64,000 bases of DNA from Callorhinchus milii (lineage: Eukaryota). The position numbers and the translations under genes were made by a program. Position 1 is the stretch's first letter. Each line of letters starts with the position of its first letter. The notes beneath the pieces are model-generated. The model did no database searches and had not been told where the DNA came from. It was given only the letters and a program-made list of their open reading frames with translations. Of this stretch, positions 1 to 9,236 are shown one piece after another. Location: NCBI RefSeq assembly GCF_018977255.1, contig NW_024704742.1:24058001-24122000 (forward strand), written 5' to 3'.

Positions 1-129
1 AAATGGAAAATGTATCCAAGCAACAACAATGTGTGTAAAATTGAGAATTTTAGCAGGAGACAACGCAAAGCCTTAGGAACTGAACTGAGTATTTCAATAA
101 CAGATTAGACACAGCATGAGGATCACCCC

Positions 130-430
130 AGAAATGAGTACCATCAGTCCCCATTCTCTCCTGACTCTACAACCTTCCCATCTCCTAGCCGATCAAATTC
201 AAGATCTTCGTCCCAACCTTCACATTCTGCCATGGTGTTGTCCCACCCTACTTCTGCGACCTGTTCAAACCCTACCAACCTATGTGCTCCCTCCACTCAG
301 TGCAGACTGGCCTGCGTCATGTCTCCCACCCCATCATCAGTGGTTGGGCTTTCAGAGTGTCTGCCCCCACTCTCTTGAACTCCATCCCAGAGTTTCTTCG
401 ATTTAGCATTTTCCTGCCTCCTTCAAGGTG
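130..430 (+). mobile_element. Degraded L2 LINE 3' fragment
   Basis: Similar to the L2 3' end at 26540-26770 (aaattcaagatcttcgtcc; ccatcagtggttgggctttc; gaactccatccc; gcctccttcaagg). Confidence 0.7.
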
Positions 431-605
431 TGTCTACTGTAATCAATTTCTATATGATAATTTTAATTCATATTTAGGACAGTCAAAAGACAAAATTCTT
501 CAATATTCAGAAAATAAACAGATCAAAAAGCCGGTGTTAATACAACAAACAGAATTAGTGCAAATCACATTATGCTTAAATCTCACACATTCATACCACT
601 GTACT

Positions 606-671
606 ACAACAACAACAACAACAACAAGATTCCATTTATAGAGCGCCTTTCACGTCGGGAGGACGTCCCAC
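606..671 (-). mobile_element. L2 LINE extreme 3' tail with (TTG)n
   Basis: (aac)n agattccatttatagagcgcctttcacgtcgggaggacgtccca is the reverse complement of the L2 tail at 26875-26940. Confidence 0.85.
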
Positions 672-1066
672 TTACTACTTACACAGGTCTTCACCTAATG
701 CAAGACAACTTTTATCAATCATGTTGAAGACTATAAAAAGAATTGTGATGATATTAATTTTGATAATGATAATTTAGTAAATAAATTCAGTAACAGAATA
801 AGAAGACTGTTAATGTACAGACCCTTTATAGTAAGTTCCAATCGGTCACTGGTACCTCTCAGCACATTAGCACCTGAATCGCCTTCCGAGTTGATCCATT
901 AATCCTACATCTACACGGCACCCTTACATCACAAAATGCTCTTCTTATTTCATAGAGGCGCTTTATGCAAAAAAATCTCATTGGCATATTAGAAAGGACG
1001 TTAAAAAAAATGCATGGTCAGCGTTTCTCATCACATTTCCCAACCATAAAACAGAAAGTTTCTTAC

Positions 1067-1534
1067 CTGATTCTTCAGCAGTGGCAGGGGCTGCTGTGTG
1101 CTAATATCAACATTGTAATTTGGATCAGTTACATCATTTCCATTTGTGCTGTCTTCTTCTCTACTGCTGTCAGATTGTTCAAAGTCATCGCTTTCTTGGT
1201 CCATTTCTTCCTCTTCCTCACCATCCTCTTGTTCCTCTTTGTTTCTACCATCCTCCTCATCCTCTGCTATAACTCTGTTGTTGTTTTCTTCTTCTTCCTC
1301 CTCCTCCTCTTCCTCCTCCTCATCACCTTCCCCTCCATCAACCTGGGATTCATTATTGGTACTACTGCTAGCTTCAGCTCCACTTCCATCAGCATTCCTC
1401 ACACAGTGCTCCTCTTGTTCCTCCACTACTCTGTTCATTTGCTCTTCCTCTCCATGACTTAAGGAGGCATTACCTCGGAGGGATCCTCCAGTTCGACGCC
1501 TCTTGCTGCCCCCAGACAGCAATTCCTGGTTCAT
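1067..1534 (-). CDS. FBXW7: FBXW7 (F-box/WD repeat protein 7) alpha-isoform-specific first coding exon, 156 codons; the gene continues beyond the left edge of the window
   Basis: The translation MNQELLSGGSKRRRTGGSLRGNASLSHGEEEQMNRVVEEQEEH...ENNNRVIAEDEED...EEEEEMDQESDDFEQSDSSREED matches the vertebrate FBXW7-alpha N-terminus, including the KRRR NLS and the acidic region. ATG is at 1534-1532. The exon ends at a phase-0 donor, AATCAG|GTAAGA (1067/1066). Confidence 0.96.
1286..1321 (-). repeat. Coding (GAG/GAA)12 repeat encoding poly-Glu12
   Basis: Twelve consecutive ttc/ctc triplets on the + strand, in the FBXW7 frame. Confidence 0.95.
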
Positions 1535-1603
1535 TTCCAATAGCCAGCTTGCTACTTCTTGAACCTTTGCTAGATCGTTGGATGGTGTACACACTGCTGC
1601 AGC
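1535..1603 (-). other. FBXW7: 69-nt 5' portion of the same FBXW7 exon (nominal 5' UTR) following a canonical splice acceptor
   Basis: The minus strand reads tgtaacacccattctctacgtttgcag|GCTGCAGCAG: a branch-like TAAC, a pyrimidine tract and an AG at 1605-1604. Alternative AGs lie 7 and 10 nt downstream. Confidence 0.8.
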
Positions 1604-1844
1604 CTGCAAACGTAGAGAATGGGTGTTACATTTCAAAATGATTCTTCTTTTCAATTCTACTCTTCCATTTATTAAGGGTTTTAATCATGTAACCAGATAT
1701 TTAAGAAGTTGGTTGTCATTACGAAAAAATAAATCAACTATTCAACACTTCCATAGTACAAAAGCAGTATAATATTCTAACAGAGAAAGATAATTTAACA
1801 TTTAAGGATATATTAACTTTTCTAGTAGTATTGTTAATTTAATG

Positions 1845-1935
1845 GTCCTGATGAAATCTCAAAGCTGAAAATGTTAACCAATCGTATGGATGCTGACTGA
1901 CCTCCTGTGGATTTGTAATTCAGATTTCCAACATT
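1845..1935 (+). mobile_element. Penelope-like repeat remnant
   Basis: ctgatga...gaaaatgttaac...gatgctgactgacctcctg...tttcagatttccaaca; same layout as the element at 45060-45260. Confidence 0.55.
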
Positions 1936-3562
1936 CAGTTTAATCGCACTATTATTGTGATATACCTCTCAAATAATCGTGGCTTTGCTCTACCTGCACT
2001 TTGTCACAAACATTTAGAGAAATGTACTCTAACTCCAGTTGCTGCTTCTCACCAATCTGCTGTCCCAGTTAAGAACATCTGCATATGTTACTTCACTAGT
2101 AAGCCTGACAACCAGATGAATGATAAAGTTAATCTTTTACTGTTAGAATCGAACTGTGCCTCAAGAGATCGGGTTAAATGACTACTGAATTGAAGAAAAT
2201 CAAGAGCAAAAATTGCTGCATATATTGAACAAAAATGTTGGTTAATATTTGGATTGTAAAGATTTCAATTGTGCTTTTCTCATTTAAATGACCAGACAGC
2301 AGAAACAAAATGGAATGGATACCTCAACCAGCTTTGCTCAGAGCTGCCATTTCGAAAAATTATTTTCAACACAGCGAATGTGAACACAATGTATCTGTTA
2401 ATTTTCACACTTAAACCTCAATAGGAGTACGATGTCCTAATATTTCTGTTGATGCAAATGTTAAACAGATCAATTAGAATACCCATTTCTCCCCATCTCA
2501 GATGCGATGTTGATTGAATTGTTAACCTGCAGTTTGAAAGGTAAACTACTGCACACCTAACAAAGCTCTGAAGCAAGAAACATCTCATTCTGAAAATTCC
2601 ACCCAAATCTCAGAAAGTTTCTTGCACAATTTCAGAAAGCAAATGTTAATATCTACTATACAGCATCACTTTCAATCACATTATTAAAATGAACACAGGA
2701 CCTTGGATTGAGTACACCATACACCAGTCAAAAACAACTCAATATGATACAGCCACGTTTACACCTAGCACTTTTGGTGGATTTGGGTTATAGTGGTGGA
2801 CCATAGAAATATATAAATATGTATTTTACACACAAACATATAAACAAACATGCATCCTGCCTTTTGAACAATTCTGAACAGATAAGAACAGTTTTAATAC
2901 ATTTACACTCCCATAGAAAGCTTTGCTCTGCACACACATTTTAAAAAGAAATTCAAAAGATAAAAACATGAAATGGATACTCATACAAATTTTGAGTTTG
3001 AAATCTGATAAAGAGGGGTGGGGAAACTGTCTGTAGTTATTAACAAGTCACAGATCTGTAGTAAACTCGTGTTTTATTACCACTGCACTAATCCACACAA
3101 GTCACCAGTTAGGTAGAGGCAGCCTCAAAACACAATTGCAATCCATCTGGGGATGGGTCCGATGAAATACTGGTAGTTGCCCAGGGCAAGATAAATGTGC
3201 AATTTAACCTGTCAGGAGGAAAAATGAAGCTATCCATCATGGCAGCCTTATTATACAGAATAAATACTACATGGTTAGGTTCCTAAATTAAACCCTTTTC
3301 CATTTTGATCTGTATGGTTAAGTGCAGGTGTGTTTAATTCCCTTAAGTGTCTAAGCTGCTGCTAGATAACATTTTGTGCAATATTACACATTTCTAACTG
3401 TAATATTCAGGTACATATCACAAGTTTAATTGAAATAGTTCATTTAAAATTTTAAAACAAATGATTTCTCAATATTTGTGCAGTTTATGGTCGTAAAACA
3501 TTCAATGCAAGGCAAAAATTGGCTGCCACGTTTGCCTATAAATACTGTCACTACAAAGGGCA

Positions 3563-3950
3563 TCAGTCTGGTTCAGTTGGTAGCACTCTCGTCTCTGAGT
3601 CAGAAGGTTGTAGGTTCAAGTCCCAATTCAGGACTTTGAATTCACATCTAACCTAACACTTCAATACAGCATTGGGGAGAGTTGCACTGTTAGAGATGTC
3701 GTTCTTTGGATAAGATGTTAAAAACCCGAGCTCTCAATAATCAGTTCTGGTGGATGTTTAAGATCCATCCCATGACACTATTTAAGAAGAGAAACCAGTT
3801 TCTCCTGTGATCCTGGTCAACAATCCCCTGCATCATTTGCCTACAAACACACAGTCACTATACATCACAGGAAAATTCCATGATGTGGTTTGCGACATCT
3901 TGACAACGTGATACGTCGCTATAGAAAAGGCAAGGATAATATTACTTATT
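3563..3950 (+). mobile_element. tRNA-headed Deu-domain SINE (SacSINE1-like), old copy
   Basis: A box (tggttcagttggtag) and B box (ggttcaagtcc). Deu-like core gatgtcgttctttggataagatgttaaaaacccgag...ggtggatgtttaagatcc...catgacactatttaagaagag. L2-type tail cgctatagaaaaggcaaggataatatta. Confidence 0.8.
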
Positions 3951-6900
3951 ATGAACAATAATATTTCCTTGAAGAACTGTTTTCTTAAAATGAATGCTTC
4001 AAAGGAACATAGTTAAGAAAATAATTAAACACTGGAAAGAATATATTCATGGACTAGACATACACACACAATATGGTAAATTAGTGAAGTCAAATATTTA
4101 TATGAAAGGCAAAACATTTTGCAAGTTAAAATACACTTTCAATTTAACAACTGCGTTAGAGCATTGCAAGCCAAGACCAAATGCAGGACAAGCAATATTT
4201 TCAAACACACTTTTATCATGATGACAAAAAGGCAGAGTTATCACTTTGCTATTAACTATTAGCTTGCTCCAACTATCCTTGCATCGCACTTGATTGTTTT
4301 TCCTAAAAGTATCCATATTGCAGTAAGTCTTTGCGACAATTACTTAACACTGATTCATTTCAGCATCAAACAGTGCTCTCTCCCTGTGCTAGAATGGTAC
4401 AGAGCATTTCAATCCAAACATGTTAAGAAACTTAGACATTATTGTTATTCCAACTACTCCAGATTTATTTTTTGTGAATGAAAGCTCAGCAAGCATTTCA
4501 AAAATGTTTAGCCATTGCTGGCGATAACACAGTCCTAACACGGTCTCTTTAAAACATTTGTATTACTGTACACATTGAATAATTCAGATCTTCTCTTCCA
4601 AATCCATGCAAAACTAAGATCCACTGTTCCCAATGACAAAGCCTGGTTTTTAGTAAACTTATCCAACACAAATGAGAAATGAGAGTCAGGCAGACACAAA
4701 GATGTTTTTTTATTAAACATAATGCAGCCATACCTATTAACCATTCAAAGCCACAGCTAGCTTCAGTCTCCATAAATGGCTTATGAATATAGTTTCAATC
4801 AATAGTCACTATTCCATATGGAGACAATTATAGCCAAGAGATTACCTGTGCACTCCAATCAATATGGTGGACTAATCAGCACAGCTACCCTTCCCAGTTG
4901 GCATCTAACGCAAGTGCAATCCTCTTTCAGCAGTGTGGGAAAGGATCATTAAACTCACTTTTGCTAACCTTTGCATGCTTCTCACTGGGAAGACGATTGG
5001 ACACCTTTCCTAAACCCCCAGAAGAATCTTAGATCAGCAAAGGAGCAACCTATCTCAGAGTGTATGTTAACAGGCACTCCACCACTCTCAGTGGGAATTT
5101 CAGCATCTCCCCAGCATGCATTCCACTGCACAAAGTACAGACAGGTTTTTATCACAACTAAAATCTCATTTGTGAGCTCCATGAAATATTTATCAGAGCA
5201 GCAGTTCTTACTGAACCATTTATTGCTATTATGTGAAGCAAACAAATGCACACATGGTAAATATATATTTATCGAAACAGGTGGATTTCAATTACTGTAT
5301 TTTTAAAAAATACTTAAATGCTCAGTGTGCACACAACGTAAACACTGTATACATTCATCTTCAGTAACTACAGGGGCTGCAGAAGAAATATCTTCAAATT
5401 CTATCAAGAGTAGCACAGTGAAAGCCATTAGCTGTTGCTGCTATATATCTGACCTACCCATGGACAGTCACAGAGAATTCCCGAGGGAGCCATAAGCAGC
5501 ACATGAGAAGATTGGACTGCTCAGGCAGCCTCTGCGTGTAAACACCAAGACCTTCACAAATGACCATCTCACTGCTTCTCTGACACTGGACCTATTCTTT
5601 AATTTTCAACAGGGTCCTTTCAATTTGGTATGAATAAGATAATCTTGAAGTCGAATTTAACTGTTTGTTTCATACTATGTGCACACTTTGTCCTGCAGTA
5701 TCAAAGTCATATTCCGTTTAGCATGTCAAATACAGAAAATGTATTGATTCGCTGTAGTTATCGAGTTTTCCTGGAGTAGACTTTAGCAGAACATAATTAA
5801 TATGTTGTTCAAGCAAGGAAGGCTCGTCTCATAACTCAAACACAAGATTGTATAAAAACGTAACCAGTCAGTTCATACAGCTCGTTCTCTAAATAGCAAC
5901 GACGCAATATCAGGACTGATGCTAACTCAAGACATCTCATCTGCTGCTGTGTTTTTGCCTTCTTCATTCCAAACAAGGATAATTGTATTGTGAAATAACA
6001 CAGTTTGGAATGAAAACCTCCAGCTGTTGTCTGCTTTTTCTAAATAAAGAAGAAATCTTTCGTCCTCTGCACTCTGTGATTTTACCAGTCATACGTGGTT
6101 GCCCTCCAAATAGCTCAAACGTAGGAGATTCCCAATCATCAAACATACAAAACTCCTGGTTCACAATGACGGCGCACTTGTACTTAGAAGCACCAATTTT
6201 TGATGACGACCAAAAAATGAAAGGCTATCCACCAGCCTGTGTGAGTGAGTAATGCAATACCATCTTCCTCAAGTGTTACATTGAACAGCCCATCTACTTA
6301 TCTTGGCAGCATTTTTGCTCGGTAACACAAATTGACCAGGAGGTGTCTTCTGAAGAAATTTCAGCATATGAATGACTGTATGATCAAGTATAGAAGCAGC
6401 CTGGAATTTAGCTACAGACCAAGACTGAGGTACACAGCCAAGTGGTAATCAATTTTCACCCTGTAAGTCTGTGAAGAATAAATGTGGAACTAGAAATTGC
6501 ATCATGCACATTAGATCCATCTCTGGCACAAATGTGTAGATTGTCTGATCCCATATAGTTAAGGCTTAAATTCATCCAGTTCATACAGATCTCTCATACA
6601 CTTCTGAAGGAAACTGAATACTATTGATGAAGATACAACCCAGGTGAACTAGCATAATTTACATAACAGAAGAGAGGCAAGGATGATTAGCAGGCTGAGC
6701 TGGAAGATGATCACCAGGCAATAAAGCATGCAGGATTAAAAGATATTTTGAAGAAGACTCTACAAAGCATTCAAATGACCTACTTGACATACTCAATAAA
6801 TCATGGTTAGAAACATTTTTAACTGTAGAATTTCCATGAATTTGAGCAGAAACAAGAGGGGAAAAGAATATCAGACCCAAATCAGCAAAAATGGCTTACC

Positions 6901-7889
6901 TGAAGTTGGAAAGGATATTCTTTCTACACAGGTTTCTGGAATGATGTAAGGGTACATCCAAATGAACTGACAACTAAGATTTCTAAAACGGAGCTAACTC
7001 CTTCACATGCACCAGTTAAGGAGATGGACATTATATAATGATGAGCAATCATTCGATCAGAATGACAGAAGCAGAACATTTCCAAATATAATGTTGATAG
7101 TTTCAAAGGCCAGAATGTAGATAGCATTTTTTTCTAAATAGTTGTACTTTACAGAAAGAATCCTCATCTTTGTGGTTTCATTAACCATCACAGTGTTACT
7201 GATAATGCAAACAAAGGTGTACTAAGCAGCTCAGATTCCAAAGTATAATCCACTGAACAAACAAAGTAATGGGCCTGGGAGGACTAGGTTAGGTGCTGAA
7301 TATCATGGCTCAACATGATCCATATCACTGCAAATGTGAGCAAATCCCAAGTGTTACAGGAGAAAGTTTGGAACAATATTGTTCAGGGTGAACTGAAAAA
7401 CTATGCACAGATTTTCCAGTTTGGAGGCCTGAGCTCTGCTGCCAACAATGAGAAAAGCGAAACTGAGGCGTTAACAGCAGCATTGGGGAAGGTCAAGGCA
7501 CAGATTTGTTACGGGCCCCAAACTCTCTGTGTTTTCTCTCTGTGGGATGAAGTCAATACGGGTGGAGGGGGCAAGAGAAAGAGAATATATAGTCAAAATG
7601 TGTCCTTTAAGATAGATTTGAGATTGACTCTCTTAAGAATGTTTCACCCACAGGCTCTTCATCTTTTGAACAACCCCACATTTGCTTTTAGCGTGAGATT
7701 GTTCTCAGTTGTATGACCAGGTTTTCAATCCTGTTTCACCAAATACTGCCTTAAAATGCAAACTCTGGTAAACTACGGTTCAATTACTGTTTCCAAGGCT
7801 GGGAATAATTTCAGGCTGAATTGGCTTCACAGGACAGGTTTAGCAACAAAATGTCAGAATCAAATCAAACCCCTGTGACTGTTTCACTG

Positions 7890-8182
7890 CAGTCCAGTTC
7901 CTGAGCTAGGCAGTACTCCAGGGCACTGCTGATGACAGCCCAGCCAACTTGGATCATCGGCAGGACTTGGAAGGGCAGACCAGTCATTCTCAGCTTCCTT
8001 TAACTCCGATAAGCCAAATCCTAAGGGGTAGGATACTCCAAGCTGGTCAAGCAGCGGGAAAGTTTGCCAGTGCTCTCTCTCTCTCAATGGTAAGATATTC
8101 AGTTTCAGCTGGTTAAACTCCAGGAGGACCACACACTCTTGGCTCAAACCTTGGCTCTTGCCAACCTGGACCCAATACTGTC
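7890..8182. repeat. Unclassified ~300-bp interspersed repeat, copy 1
   Basis: Collinear similarity with 21990-22281 (agtccagtt.ctgagctagg, gggcactgctgatgacag, ccaagctgg.caagcagc.ggaaag, ccttggctc.tgccaac.tg..c.aatactgtc). Confidence 0.8.
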
Positions 8183-8196
8183 AAATTTGGTTAATC

Positions 8197-8528
8197 GTGG
8201 AGTCCTGTAGCTCAGTGGTTAGAGCACTCGCTTTGCAAGCGAGAGACCTGAGTTCAATCCCAGGCAGGTCAGGGCGAAACCTTGGGCAAGTTTCCTTACT
8301 CCACACAGAGCCTAATAATAATCCCTCCAAAACCGAAAACAATAATAAATTGGTCATTTTCAATCTACGACTGTTTGTGGGACATTGCTGTGCGCAATTG
8401 GCTGCCGCGTTCGCCCACAAATATACAGTCAATTCACTTTACAGTGTGTTCTGTGAAGCGCTTTGGGACGTCCTCCCGACGTGAAAACCGCTATATCAAA
8501 TGCAAGGATTATTATTATTATTATTATT
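8197..8528 (+). mobile_element. Young tRNA-Ala(TGC)-derived SINE, full length, with L2-type tail and (ATT)n
   Basis: A box TAGCTCAGTGG, anticodon arm CTCGC-TTTGCAA-GCGAG, B box GAGTTCAATCC, unique body, and tail agcgctttgggacgtcctcccgacgtgaaa...aaatgcaagg(att)n. Five more near-identical copies occur in the window. Confidence 0.95.
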
Positions 8529-8918
8529 AATTGAATAATGGATATTTGAATAATTTATTTATTGAATGGAATTTAGAACCTCCAAATAGTTTGCCTAATC
8601 TAATGAATGTAGATCAGTTAATTGAATACCATAGACACAATTAATTCAGTTTATCATATAATTTTCCCCATGACCATTCATATAAAACTAATTAACTAAA
8701 TCACATAAATGCATAGTCCCAAATCACTACGTTCTACAGAATCACCTGCATTTTACAGTAAAGTCTAAAATTAGGATCACTCTTTTTAAACTTAACGACA
8801 CATTTCTAGAAAATGACATCACTTCTTTTACCATGTTACAAATTATAGTGAATCATATGATCTCAACATTTGTACAAACGCAATTAACAAATATCATTTA
8901 AAGAACAACGCTCTTTAT

Positions 8919-9236
8919 TAATAATAATCCTTGCATTTGATATAGCGCTTTTCACATCGGGAGGACGTCCCAAAGCGCTTCACAGAACACACTGTAAAGT
9001 GAATTGACTGTATATTTGTGGGCGAACGCGGCAGCCAATTGCGCACAGCAATGTCCCACAAAGAGTCGTAGAATGAAAATGACCAATTTATTATTGTTTT
9101 TGGTTTTGGAGGGATTATTATTAGGCTCTGTGTGGAGTTAGGAAACTTGCCCAAGGTTTCGCCTTGTGCCTGGAATTGAACTCAGGTCTCTCACTTGCAA
9201 AGCAAGTGCTCTAACCACTGAGCTACAGGACTCCAC
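8919..9236 (-). mobile_element. Young tRNA-Ala-derived SINE, full length
   Basis: Reverse complement of the 8197-8528 element with few substitutions. Confidence 0.95.

Noticed and set aside
965..1462. Plus-strand ORFs of 165 aa (hydrophobic) and 103 aa (Ser-rich)
   Set aside because: They are antisense shadows of the Glu/Asp-rich FBXW7 exon; low-complexity codons explain the lack of stops.
1604..1654. ORF-finder start (TTG at 1654) giving a 207-aa protein
   Set aside because: It lies upstream of the splice acceptor, and the ORF's last 11 residues lie past the donor; both ends are intronic.
6895..7127. Minus-strand donor-like site CAG|GTAAGC at ~6900; similar sites at ~31012 and ~41557
   Set aside because: There is no convincing paired acceptor or recognisable peptide. 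Such motifs are common in 62 kb and cannot be called exons without transcript data.
8199..8270. tRNA-Ala(TGC)-like cloverleaf (also at the heads of five other copies)
   Set aside because: The acceptor stem is imperfect and each head is followed by the same ~250-bp body and (ATT)n tail. These are SINE heads, not tRNA genes.
8158..8530. Recurrent short ORFs such as MGKFPYSTQSLIII... and ...SCSSVVRALALQARDLSSIPG found at several loci
   Set aside because: They are translations of SINE copies, not a multigene peptide family.
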